From IMG/VR virus record IMGVR_UViG_2721755496_000005: 37,317 nucleotides of DNA; one strand, 5' to 3'. This DNA comes from a virus. Lineage: Duplodnaviria; Heunggongvirae; Uroviricota; Caudoviricetes. How positions within the stretch are numbered: position 1 is the stretch's first letter; each line of letters starts with the position of its first letter. Below, piece after piece: positions 19,858 through 28,717 of the stretch. The notes beneath the pieces are model-generated. The model was not told the DNA's origin and did not search any database. It saw only the letters and a list, made by a program, of their open reading frames with translations. The position numbers and the translations under genes were made by a program.

Positions 19858-20916
19858 TTACGCTCCGGTTTCTGCTGCAGCGGTGCTGAAATCGCCAATC
19901 TGGATGTTTTCCACCAGTGCGGCGCAGCGGTAGTCCTCAACCACATAGGCTTCGTTAACAGATTCAAAGTTTTCAATCCGGTCACGTTTCGGGTTGTCAA
20001 TAACTGAACGGCGGCGGGTATCTTCCTGCCAGTAGATGGACAGGTTATCCAGACGGGTGATCAGCAGCGCATTCGGCGGGAAGAACGGCGCACGCACGGC
20101 CTGCAGACCCCCCATGCGTTTCTGACTGATGATCATATCGGCAGCCAGTTTTTCACTGTTTTCCTGCTCTTTGTTGACCAGCGGGAAATACTTGTCAGAC
20201 AGCAGTTCACGCCCGCAAATCACCACCAGATCGTCATCGTCCTGGTAAACCACGTCGATAAGCTCATTGACGGCATCCATCACTACGGCGTCCAGGTTGG
20301 CATATTCGCCACCTTTCCCGACTTTCACCGCACCCGGTGTGGTTTCACCACCCGTGGTGGTGCTGCCCATGACGTGATCCGGTGCATCCTCACGGATTTT
20401 CTGCAGCCAGCCTTTATTCACATCCTGCAGCAGCGGGTTTTCGCTACGGTTGGAGGTTTTCGCACGCTTCACGCCGTTAAAGCCGATCATGATGCGGTCC
20501 AGTGCCTGACGTTTCACGATGGCGTCACGGATACGCACCTGGAAATCCTGAAACTTCGCCCACAGGTCCAGCTTCGCGTAGGTCAGTACCGTGTCAAAGT
20601 TGGTCTGCTCGCATTTGTATTCCACATCGACCATCAGCGTAGGATCGACAGGTTCACGCTCTTTCGCGGTGGTGTCAGTGGTTCCGGCAATGGTGCTACC
20701 AACACCCAAGCCCAGCAGCTGACCGGACTGCTCAGTCACTGGCGTGACGTTAATCAGCGTCAGGAAAGCGGCGGACTGCTGGATCTGGTCTTCCAGCGTC
20801 TGCTGTACAGACGGCTCCACGGTGAACTTGCTGGACAGTTCTTCAACTGCCACACCGTTCAGACGCGCCAGCTGCTGCAGGTAAGCGTTAAAAGCAAAGC
20901 GGGTATTCTTCTTCAT
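19858..20916 (-). CDS. N: Major capsid protein gpN
   Basis: 352-aa ORF, size and position as P2 N. Confidence 0.9.
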   Translation of the reverse strand: MKKNTRFAFNAYLQQLARLNGVAVEELSSKFTVEPSVQQTLEDQIQQSAAFLTLINVTPVTEQSGQLLGLGVGSTIAGTTDTTAKEREPVDPTLMVDVEYKCEQTNFDTVLTYAKLDLWAKFQDFQVRIRDAIVKRQALDRIMIGFNGVKRAKTSNRSENPLLQDVNKGWLQKIREDAPDHVMGSTTTGGETTPGAVKVGKGGEYANLDAVVMDAVNELIDVVYQDDDDLVVICGRELLSDKYFPLVNKEQENSEKLAADMIISQKRMGGLQAVRAPFFPPNALLITRLDNLSIYWQEDTRRRSVIDNPKRDRIENFESVNEAYVVEDYRCAALVENIQIGDFSTAAAETGA

Positions 20917-20932
20917 CAGGTTTTGTGCTCCA

Positions 20933-21766
20933 TCAGCAATTGGTCAGAGTGTCAGCGGGGGCGTTACCGCCTGTTGCACGCTGGCGGTAGTCCTGGCGGC
21001 TGTCTTCATGACTCAGCTTATTCACCAGTTCTTTAAAGGCGGTTTGCTGCTCCTGCAGAGCAGTCTCCAGCTCAGACAGGCGTTCTTCCTGTTCAGCCAG
21101 GGATTTTTCGGTGCGTGTGCTCAGGTTCTGCTGCTCAGTGGCGACCAGCTCCACGGCCTTATGCACATCAGAGAACCGGGCATCGTCTGACTGCTCTTTT
21201 TTGGTGAACAGCGCCGTGACGCGGGCAAACAGGGATGGTTTGTCATCCTGGACTTCTTCCAGTTCGATCACCGTTTCCTCTGCAGCGGTAAAAAGATTGG
21301 CGGGATTCTGCTTGCGGTTTGCCAACGGGTTATGGGCTGCACTGGCGCTGAATGTCAGCATTTCCGTACCCAGACTGGCTGGATCATCAGTGGCAGCCAG
21401 GCCAACCAGGTAGGCTTTGCCCGTATCAGCGAACTTCGGGCTGACTTCCATAGAGGTGAATAATTTCTGGCCTTTTTTCACCAGCTCCACCAGGGACTCC
21501 GTTGGCTCAACGTCGGCATACAGCGCCATCTTGCCTGCCAGCGGGCCTTCCGTGATTTCTTCAGCAAACAGCGCCGTCACCTTGCCGTAGCGGTTAAAGG
21601 TGCTGTCCGGCAGATAAGACTTGATGTGCTCAAGGTTAATCAGCGCGGTATACACTGCGGGGTTGTAGCTGGCTGCCATCTGTTCCAGCCATTCACGCTG
21701 GATTTCGCGTCCGTCGGTGGTGGCACCTTCCACCCCGATGCGAAAACGCTTTGCTTTCACTGTCAT
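20933..21766 (-). CDS. O: Capsid scaffolding protein gpO
   Basis: 277-aa ORF with an acidic coiled-coil C-terminal region, divergent from P. Confidence 0.85.
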   Translation of the reverse strand: MTVKAKRFRIGVEGATTDGREIQREWLEQMAASYNPAVYTALINLEHIKSYLPDSTFNRYGKVTALFAEEITEGPLAGKMALYADVEPTESLVELVKKGQKLFTSMEVSPKFADTGKAYLVGLAATDDPASLGTEMLTFSASAAHNPLANRKQNPANLFTAAEETVIELEEVQDDKPSLFARVTALFTKKEQSDDARFSDVHKAVELVATEQQNLSTRTEKSLAEQEERLSELETALQEQQTAFKELVNKLSHEDSRQDYRQRATGGNAPADTLTNC

Positions 21767-21844
21767 GAGCCGTGCTCCGTTAGAAAAAACTTACTGGAGC
21801 CTTATGGTTGCGGTGATGAGGGCAGTGAAACAATGCGCGGTATT

Positions 21845-21862
21845 TGTACCGACAACCACACA
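21845..21862. promoter_or_regulatory. Candidate Ogr-binding dyad (TGT-N12-ACA) in the divergent O / P late promoter region
   Basis: tgt accgacaaccac aca, about 87 bp upstream of the O start codon. Confidence 0.4.
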
Positions 21863-21908
21863 AACCGCAGGCGGGGAAAGCCTTCATTCAAGACTGTAGG
21901 TTTGTGCC

Positions 21909-23675
21909 ATGAACACCACACTGACACCCGCAGATCTCGATCCCCGTCGGCAGGCCATGCTGCTGTACTTTCAGGGATACCGCGTAGCCCGCATTGCTGA
22001 AATGCTGGGCGAGAAAGTTGCAACCGTTCACAGCTGGAAAAAACGCGACAAGTGGGGTGACTATGGGCCGCTGGATCAGATGCAGCTCACCACCGCCGCA
22101 CGCTATTGCCAGCTCATTATGAAGGAGCACAAAGAAGGGAAAGATTTCAAAGAAATTGACCTGCTGGCACGCCAGTCGGAGCGCCACGCGCGGATCGGCA
22201 AGTTTAACAATGGCGGCAACGAAGCCGACTTAAACCCTAACGTCGCCAACCGCAACAAAGGGCCGCGCCGTCAGCCGGAAAAGAATGTTTTCACCGATGA
22301 ACAGATTGAGAAGCTGGAAGAAATCTTCCATTCCTCCATGTTCAACTACCAGCGCCACTGGTGGGAAGCTGGAAAAACCAACCGCATCCGTAATCTGCTG
22401 AAGTCACGCCAGATCGGCGCGACCTTTTACTTTGCCCGTGAAGCCCTGATTGACGCCCTGCTTACCGGACGTAACCAGATTTTCCTTTCTGCCAGTAAGG
22501 CACAGGCTCACGTCTTTAAGCAATACATCATCGACTTCGCCAAAGAAGTCGAGGTGGAGCTGAAAGGCGATCCGATGGTGCTTCCTAACGGGGCCACGCT
22601 TTACTTCCTCGGCACCAATGCCCGCACTGCCCAGAGTTATCACGGCAACCTGTATCTGGATGAATATTTCTGGATACCGAAATTCCAGGAGCTGCGCAAA
22701 GTGGCTTCCGGTATGGCTATTCACAAAAAATGGCGACAAACCTATTTTTCCACGCCATCCAGCCTGACACACAGTGCTTATCCGTTCTGGTCTGGTGCGC
22801 TGTTCAACCGTGGGCGCAACAAAGCCGATAAGGTGGACATCGACCTGTCCCACAGCAATCTGGCCCCCGGCCTGCTGTGCGCAGACGGGCAATACCGCCA
22901 GATAGTCACCGTGGAAGATGCAGTGCGCGGCGGATGTAACCTTTTCGACCTCGATCAGTTGCGCATGGAGTACAGCCCGGACGAATACCAGAACCTGCTG
23001 ATGTGCGAGTTTGTGGACGATCTCGCGTCCGTGTTCCCGCTCAGCGAGCTGCAGGCGTGCATGGTGGACAGTTGGGAAGTCTGGAGCGACTTTCATGCAC
23101 TGGCCCTGCGCCCGTTTGGCTGGCGCGAAGTGTGGATCGGTTATGACCCGGCAAAAGGTACGCAGAACGGCGACAGCGCCGGATGCGTGGTGGTGGCACC
23201 GCCAGCCGTGCCAGGCGGTAAGTTTCGCATTCTTGAACGTCACCAGTGGCGCGGGATGGACTTCCGCGCCCAGGCTGACGCCATCAAAAAACTGACCGAA
23301 CAGTACAACGTGACATACATCGGTATCGACTCAACCGGCGTCGGTCACGGGGTTTACGAGAACGTGAAAGCGTTTTTTCCTGCCGTCCGGGAGTTTGTCT
23401 ACAACCCCAACGTTAAAAACGCCCTGGTACTCAAGGCCTACGACATTATTAGCCACCGCCGCCTGGAGTTTGACGCAGGGCACACCGACATAGCGCAGTC
23501 CTTTATGGCAATCCGTCGCGCCACCACTGCCAGCGGCAACCGCCCGACCTATGAAGCCAGCCGCAGCGAAGAAGCCAGCCACGCCGATCTGGCCTGGGCA
23601 ACAATGCACGCACTGTTTAATGAACCGCTGCAGGGCGAGTCCGCCAATACCAGCAATATTGTGGAGATTTTTTGA
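21909..23675 (+). CDS. P: Terminase ATPase (large) subunit gpP
   Basis: 588-aa ORF divergent from O, overlapping Q by 4 nt. Confidence 0.9.
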   Translation: MNTTLTPADLDPRRQAMLLYFQGYRVARIAEMLGEKVATVHSWKKRDKWGDYGPLDQMQLTTAARYCQLIMKEHKEGKDFKEIDLLARQSERHARIGKFNNGGNEADLNPNVANRNKGPRRQPEKNVFTDEQIEKLEEIFHSSMFNYQRHWWEAGKTNRIRNLLKSRQIGATFYFAREALIDALLTGRNQIFLSASKAQAHVFKQYIIDFAKEVEVELKGDPMVLPNGATLYFLGTNARTAQSYHGNLYLDEYFWIPKFQELRKVASGMAIHKKWRQTYFSTPSSLTHSAYPFWSGALFNRGRNKADKVDIDLSHSNLAPGLLCADGQYRQIVTVEDAVRGGCNLFDLDQLRMEYSPDEYQNLLMCEFVDDLASVFPLSELQACMVDSWEVWSDFHALALRPFGWREVWIGYDPAKGTQNGDSAGCVVVAPPAVPGGKFRILERHQWRGMDFRAQADAIKKLTEQYNVTYIGIDSTGVGHGVYENVKAFFPAVREFVYNPNVKNALVLKAYDIISHRRLEFDAGHTDIAQSFMAIRRATTASGNRPTYEASRSEEASHADLAWATMHALFNEPLQGESANTSNIVEIF

Positions 23676-24700
23676 TGGGAAAGAGTAAGAAAAACCGCGC
23701 TGCGGCGACGAATCAGCTCAAGCATAAAAGCCAAACTTCAGCCGAAGCATTCAGCTTTGGCGATCCCGTTCCTGTTCTGGACCGCCGTGAACTGCTGGAC
23801 TATGTGGAATGCGTACAGATGGATCGCTGGTATGAGCCGCCCGTCAGCTTTGACGGACTGGCACGAACCTTCCGCGCCGCCGTGCATCACAGCTCACCAA
23901 TTGCGGTGAAATGCAACATTCTGACCAGTACCTACATCCCTCACCCGCTGCTCAGCCAGCAGGCTTTTTCACGTTTTGTGCAGGACTATCTGGTATTTGG
24001 TAACGCCTACCTGGAGAAACGCACGAACCGCTTCGGTGAAGTTATCGCCCTTGAGCCTGCTCTGGCAAAATACACCCGACGCGGGTTAGACCTGGATACC
24101 TACTGGTTTGTGCAATACGGTATGACAACCCAGCCGTATCAGTTCACGAAAGGCAGCATTTTTCATCTGATGGAACCTGACATCAACCAGGAGATCTACG
24201 GCCTACCAGGTTATCTTTCTGCCATTCCGTCAGCCCTGCTCAACGAGTCCGCCACGCTGTTCCGCCGGAAGTATTACATTAACGGCAGCCATGCAGGCTT
24301 CATCATGTACATGACCGATGCCGCGCAGAACCAGGAGGATGTGAACAACCTCCGCAATGCGATGAAAAGCGCCAAAGGCCCTGGCAACTTCCGCAACCTG
24401 TTTATGTACTCGCCTAACGGCAAAAAGGACGGGCTTCAGATCATCCCGTTGTCAGAAGTCGCGGCGAAGGATGAATTTCTGAACATCAAGAACGTCAGCC
24501 GTGATGACATGATGGCGGCACACCGCGTACCGCCTCAGATGATGGGAATTTTGCCGAATAATGTTGGGGGTTTTGGTGATGTGGAGAAGGCGAGCTGCGT
24601 CTTCGTAAGAAATGAACTATTACCACTTCAAAAAAGATTCATGGAAATAAACAGATGGCTTGGTCATGAAATTATAAATTTTGAAATATATACATTATAA
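23672..24700 (+). CDS. Q: Portal protein gpQ; last ~25 codons lie in AT-rich DNA and may be replaced
   Basis: 342-aa ORF after P; the 3' end from about 24615 is markedly AT-rich. Confidence 0.85.
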   Translation: MMGKSKKNRAAATNQLKHKSQTSAEAFSFGDPVPVLDRRELLDYVECVQMDRWYEPPVSFDGLARTFRAAVHHSSPIAVKCNILTSTYIPHPLLSQQAFSRFVQDYLVFGNAYLEKRTNRFGEVIALEPALAKYTRRGLDLDTYWFVQYGMTTQPYQFTKGSIFHLMEPDINQEIYGLPGYLSAIPSALLNESATLFRRKYYINGSHAGFIMYMTDAAQNQEDVNNLRNAMKSAKGPGNFRNLFMYSPNGKKDGLQIIPLSEVAAKDEFLNIKNVSRDDMMAAHRVPPQMMGILPNNVGGFGDVEKASCVFVRNELLPLQKRFMEINRWLGHEIINFEIYTL

Positions 24701-24705
24701 AACCC

Positions 24706-24728
24706 AACGGCATCACAATGATGCCGTT
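24706..24728 (-). terminator. Hairpin between convergent Q and the PIN-like cargo gene
   Basis: Perfect 10-bp stem aacggcatca / tgatgccgtt with a 3-nt loop, followed on the minus strand by a U-rich tract. Confidence 0.45.
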
Positions 24729-24737
24729 ATGAACGAA

Positions 24738-25799
24738 TTAATATTCAAAATTATTTTCTTCAATAGAGAACTCAATCCCTCGGGATAACTTATCAATATT
24801 CACATCAAATGCGATATCTGTTAATTCACCATCCTCGATTTCATACATAACTTCAATTTCAATATCGAAACTAATCTCTTGAACTTCAGTTCGTGTGGTT
24901 GTCTCCATTGGAATCATTACTTTATCTTCGCTATCCCAATACCCATTATTAAAGTCTGGACCAGAAACAGTAACTTCAAAATCTACAGAAACAGAGAAGG
25001 TCGCTAGACAATAATTATTGTCAATCTTAATTATTGATGGTTCAAAGTCATCAATATTGACGACTTCAAATGAATCCAATTCAGCGTCTTCCCAAGTTGA
25101 AACGTTATATCCATCGGCATCATTGAGTTGGGCAATTACGTCCGCTCTTATGTCTTCACGTTTGCTTTCGATAAACTGCATCAATTTATTACTTAATTCG
25201 TTTGTATGCGTATTGTATTCACCTAGAAACTTATCAAGTGAATCAATTTGATGAAGATTGTTTTTACCATCACAATAATTTTTTAAGTCACTATCCTCAG
25301 AAATGATATACACATCTTCATCATTAACAAATCGCTCTACCGCAGCTAAAGTGATTGCATCAGGAAACTCACTTTTTTTCTTATTTTGCCCAAATGGTGG
25401 TTCTTTGCCAAAGTATTTATCTAAAACCTCATTAAGATCTATCACTTCTATTGTAGCTAATTTGGCGTGACATCCTTTCAAAAAATCATCAAAAACTTTT
25501 TGTGCTGCTTCGTGAATTTCATGTTCGTTAAATTGCTGAAAAAAACCATGGAGCGGTCCATTATCAATACTATTCAAAAGCCTAGCTTTTCTTTGTACTG
25601 TGTTTATAGCCTGCAGAGCATCCTTTATTGATTCCTCTATTTTACCTTTTACTTCTCTCTCTACAACTGTAGTTGTAATTAAGACTAAATCACCTTTCGC
25701 ACATAATTCATGGAAAGCTTTAAATGCTACCCCCTCAAAATGAAGACCAGCCTTTACGTACGTTTGTGTGTCAATAAATACCTTATTTGTTTTAAGCAT
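24738..25799 (-). CDS. Cargo protein: putative PIN-like nuclease domain with a strongly acidic C-terminal half
   Basis: 353 aa in AT-rich DNA. The N-terminal half has acidic positions spaced like the PIN catalytic residues (D10, E47/E49, D147 in DAITLAAV, D169/D171 in YIISEDSD). The C-terminal half has repeated hydrophobic-acidic strand motifs such as FDIEIEV and FDVNID. Confidence 0.5.
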   Translation of the reverse strand: MLKTNKVFIDTQTYVKAGLHFEGVAFKAFHELCAKGDLVLITTTVVEREVKGKIEESIKDALQAINTVQRKARLLNSIDNGPLHGFFQQFNEHEIHEAAQKVFDDFLKGCHAKLATIEVIDLNEVLDKYFGKEPPFGQNKKKSEFPDAITLAAVERFVNDEDVYIISEDSDLKNYCDGKNNLHQIDSLDKFLGEYNTHTNELSNKLMQFIESKREDIRADVIAQLNDADGYNVSTWEDAELDSFEVVNIDDFEPSIIKIDNNYCLATFSVSVDFEVTVSGPDFNNGYWDSEDKVMIPMETTTRTEVQEISFDIEIEVMYEIEDGELTDIAFDVNIDKLSRGIEFSIEENNFEY

Positions 25800-25920
25800 A
25801 CTAATCCTAATAAGTTTTAAGATCCGCTACAATTGTTTATGTTTATTTTTTATCAATAATCATACGTAGTTAAGATTATCCATGTCGAAAAATTAAATCA
25901 ACTTCAATTTATCCTTAAGC

Positions 25921-25944
25921 GCGCGCTCGTATCCCCGCCACGCC
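25921..25944 (-). other. Candidate cos (cohesive end) site
   Basis: Minus strand GGCGTGGCGGGGATACGAGCGCGC; the first 13 nt equal the 186 cos sequence as recalled (GGCGTGGCGGGGAAAGCAT); sits in a GC-normal island between AT-rich cargo genes. Confidence 0.4.
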
Positions 25945-26266
25945 TGCCCGCTTTATGTAGTGGTTTTCATGCACCTGCATGTTCTACGTAAAAGCCCGCT
26001 AGTTCTGGCGAGCCTTAGCAAAAACGATCCTTAAACGATCATGCGATTTCATGCAGCATAGTCATGCACTGTCTAAGAGAAGTGAAAGTCCGTATCTGAA
26101 TGACCACTTGAAAAACGAAACATACAGACTTACAAAGATGAAGCTCTACTGTGAGCGAGGAACATACATAGTTGCTCTGTAATAGCCAAATTTTAAGCAG
26201 GAAATCTCTTTTTTATGACAAAACTATAAAGAAAAACAGACCGTTTCATCTCTCAATGAAACTATA

Positions 26267-27844
26267 CTACAATACTTTTCTCTCGATGGTATTTTTAATG
26301 GTCAACATATCTTTAGGAATACTTTTTTTCCCCTCTATACGTATGGTAAACACAAAAAGAATAACGGCTGATCTCACAATTTTCATGAGTTGTAAGAGCT
26401 GTTTCTCAAACTTTTCTTTCTCAATAAACCTCACCTTATCAAAAAATCCATAAGAATTATATAAATCAACTAACATGTCTTTCTCGTGAATAACTAACAG
26501 TTTATGTTCTAAATCATTCCTCCATTCTTTAAAAAAAGCAAGCTCACCATTTTTATCATTCAAATCCATAGCAATACTAAACAACCCCAGCAATCCTTTA
26601 TTATTTATTTTGTTTATTTTAAGCTTTCTTTTTTCATCACTAATCCGCCAGAAGTTATGAAAGTATATATGTCCTCTATCTGGTTTTAAATCAAATAATT
26701 GACACAGAGCAACTGCTATTTTATCCAAGATACCAAAGCAAGCTCTAAATGCAACCCTTAACTTCTCAACATTTTCATACAATATTTCTCCATTATACAA
26801 TTCAGAATAACATACCTCCGAATCCTCATCAAAAAACTCACTATCAACCTTATATTCAAAAAACATTTTTCGTGCTAAGGAATACTCAGCTTTAAGTCTA
26901 TTTAACACCATTTCCATTGGCACTATAAAATCACCAAACACACCTTCCTCGGTGGTCGCAATAGTTATATTATCTTTAGATGACGCATAACAATTGCAAT
27001 ATAGCGAATGATCAGACAACATTAGATTATTATCTATACAAAACCTCTGGTAGTTTGATAAAGTATCATACTCCTCCTGCGTGAGCCTTTCATCTGTACT
27101 TATATCCTCTATGCCATATACACATGATTCACTCAATATACTTTCGTTGTACTTTATTTTTCTTTGAAGAGCAACCTTCCATGAAGGAAAACATTTCCCT
27201 GACTTTATTGCACACTCATAACCTCGAATAACTTCTTTAATCATTTTATATGTATATGTTGTAGATAATTCATTAAGCAATTCTAATGCCTCAGATCTGT
27301 TTACCCACGCCTGAGGAATTGAGTTATCAATAGATATTGCTTGTTCATAATAATCCATTGATTCAGATATACGATATTGTTTTTTTAATACATTAGCTAG
27401 ATTAACTATTAAATCAGGGGGCACCCATCCATCTTCTTGTGAAAGTTTAAACGCTTTCCAGTAATTATTTTTTACATCATTCAGCTTAATGAAACTATCA
27501 ATATCTGCATTGTCATTAGGATTAAAATCAAGAACTGCGCTCATTCCATTTGCCAAGTTATAGTAATATAAAGATTCTTTCATTATAGTCAGAAATTCAT
27601 TTTTATTGTTTATAAAGATATTTAAGCCTTCCTCCGCTATATTTTTTACATTACTAAAATTTCCGATATCAATAAGATTTCCGGCCAAATTAGATAATAT
27701 AATTATTCTATTTTCTTTGATTGTATTTATCTCATCGATACCGTTAAGAATATCCTTTACATTTTTATAGGCAGAATCAAATGAACCTGCATTAATAAGA
27801 TCATCTACGAACCCCATTTTTGAAACAACATAGTTGATATCCAT
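26267..27844 (-). CDS. Cargo protein: TPR-like N-terminal region plus C-terminal HEPN-like domain (R-x4-H); candidate abortive-infection RNase
   Basis: 525 aa in AT-rich DNA; start has an AAGAGG RBS. Contains WRNDLEH (R-x4-H) in the C-terminal quarter and a TPR-like segment YYEQAISIDNSIPQAWVNRSEAL. Confidence 0.55.
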   Translation of the reverse strand: MDINYVVSKMGFVDDLINAGSFDSAYKNVKDILNGIDEINTIKENRIIILSNLAGNLIDIGNFSNVKNIAEEGLNIFINNKNEFLTIMKESLYYYNLANGMSAVLDFNPNDNADIDSFIKLNDVKNNYWKAFKLSQEDGWVPPDLIVNLANVLKKQYRISESMDYYEQAISIDNSIPQAWVNRSEALELLNELSTTYTYKMIKEVIRGYECAIKSGKCFPSWKVALQRKIKYNESILSESCVYGIEDISTDERLTQEEYDTLSNYQRFCIDNNLMLSDHSLYCNCYASSKDNITIATTEEGVFGDFIVPMEMVLNRLKAEYSLARKMFFEYKVDSEFFDEDSEVCYSELYNGEILYENVEKLRVAFRACFGILDKIAVALCQLFDLKPDRGHIYFHNFWRISDEKRKLKINKINNKGLLGLFSIAMDLNDKNGELAFFKEWRNDLEHKLLVIHEKDMLVDLYNSYGFFDKVRFIEKEKFEKQLLQLMKIVRSAVILFVFTIRIEGKKSIPKDMLTIKNTIERKVL

Positions 27845-28094
27845 TCAATCCTCTTTAAACTAAGCTAATAATACCAATCATTATATGGATGAGATCAATA
27901 TAGAACATGCCATCTCCGGCAAAAATCGTACTACATCAGACCAGTGCCCTTCAAATAATATAAATTGAACTTAGATACTTCTGCTTCAACCAGTGTGTTA
28001 AATCCATCGCTTGAACTCAGAACAAAAAGCGGACGATCACTTATCAAAATGGCCGTCCACCTAACGCCTCGTTTCACTCGTTGCCCAAAATAGT

Positions 28095-28122
28095 CCCCCA
28101 TCAGAATGAATCCTCTTGGGGG
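28095..28122 (-). terminator. Possible terminator of the tum-like / dinI-like operon
   Basis: Stem ccccc / ggggg with an 18-nt loop, then a moderately U-rich tract on the minus strand; weak. Confidence 0.3.
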
Positions 28123-28131
28123 CAACGTTTC

Positions 28132-28365
28132 TTAATGCAGCCAGCTGTCGTCTTCCCACACCTTCTGCATAATTTTCATCACTTGCTTCCTTTCTTCGTC
28201 CAGTTGCAGTCCGGTTAGTTCCACACCGTTAGAGCTACCTTTGCGAATGCGAATTACCGTTTTGGGATACAGGGGGCACAGATTGCGGTAAAGCTCGGAT
28301 TCAAGGGCGTCCAGGGTAGACTGGCTAATCTTCTGCTCTTTATCGATCATTATTTCAATGCGCAT
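28132..28365 (-). CDS. DinI-like protein
   Basis: Start at internal ATG (MRIEIMIDK...); about 77 aa; matches the DinI pattern MRIEVTI...LxxELxxR...QxWExxDxW. Confidence 0.75.
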   Translation of the reverse strand: MRIEIMIDKEQKISQSTLDALESELYRNLCPLYPKTVIRIRKGSSNGVELTGLQLDEERKQVMKIMQKVWEDDSWLH

Positions 28366-28375
28366 AAAAGTCACC

Positions 28376-28564
28376 TCAGCTGATGACATCCATTGAGCGG
28401 TTGTATTCGTGGGTTCTGATTTTTGCCATGAGTTCATCTGTTAGTTCAGAAACCCACTGCAGAGCCAGCCCCTTCTCTTCATCACTACACTCACTAGCCG
28501 CTACAAGCTTAAGAAAAAAATCAATGCGCTGGAGCTTCAAAGACTCCAAAAAATAGTCCTGCAT
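28376..28564 (-). CDS. Small Tum-like candidate antirepressor
   Basis: 62-aa ORF directly downstream of a consensus LexA box and upstream of the dinI-like gene, the arrangement of the 186 tum operon; assigned by context only. Confidence 0.4.
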   Translation of the reverse strand: MQDYFLESLKLQRIDFFLKLVAASECSDEEKGLALQWVSELTDELMAKIRTHEYNRSMDVIS

Positions 28565-28605
28565 CTTTCCTCCTATGACACCACAAGAAATACTGTATGT
28601 ATAAC

Positions 28606-28625
28606 CACTGTTTATATTTACAGTA
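28606..28625 (-). promoter_or_regulatory. LexA operator (SOS box) of the tum-like operon
   Basis: cactgtttatatttacagta = CTGT-N8-ACAG with AT-rich spacer, about 45 bp upstream of the Tum-like start. Confidence 0.6.
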
Positions 28626-28717
28626 TATAATAATCTTACTGATGTAAAACGTTTTTTTACGTTCATCAGCCTGATATGCCTGGTATTATTAAGAGCACGA
28701 ATTGTTAATCCGCGTAA

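Noticed and set aside
21869-21881. Second cos-like motif AGGCGGGGAAAGC in the O/P intergenic region
   Set aside because: It matches the central 13 nt of the P2 cos sequence as recalled, but the flanks do not match and the location (late promoter region between O and P) is not where P2-family cos sites lie; treated as coincidental or promoter sequence. It could be rechecked against virion end sequences.
22404-23243. 279-aa ORF on the - strand inside terminase gene P
   Set aside because: Antisense to a strongly supported gene, no RBS context, composition typical of GC-rich antisense frames.
25800-26266. Possibility that the structured intergenic region encodes a retron-like or toxin-antitoxin RNA
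   Set aside because: No reverse transcriptase gene or long tandem RNA repeats are present; the GC-normal island with a cos-like motif is better explained as the phage packaging site.
27931-28125. 64-aa ORF on the - strand between the HEPN gene and the dinI-like gene
   Set aside because: No recognisable RBS or family, and it overlaps the putative terminator hairpin of the upstream operon; likely non-coding.
28565-28666. N-terminal extension of the Tum-like ORF to the upstream start given in the ORF track
   Set aside because: The extension would contain the LexA operator and presumed promoter; the internal ATG at 28564 with an AGGAGG RBS is the more plausible start.
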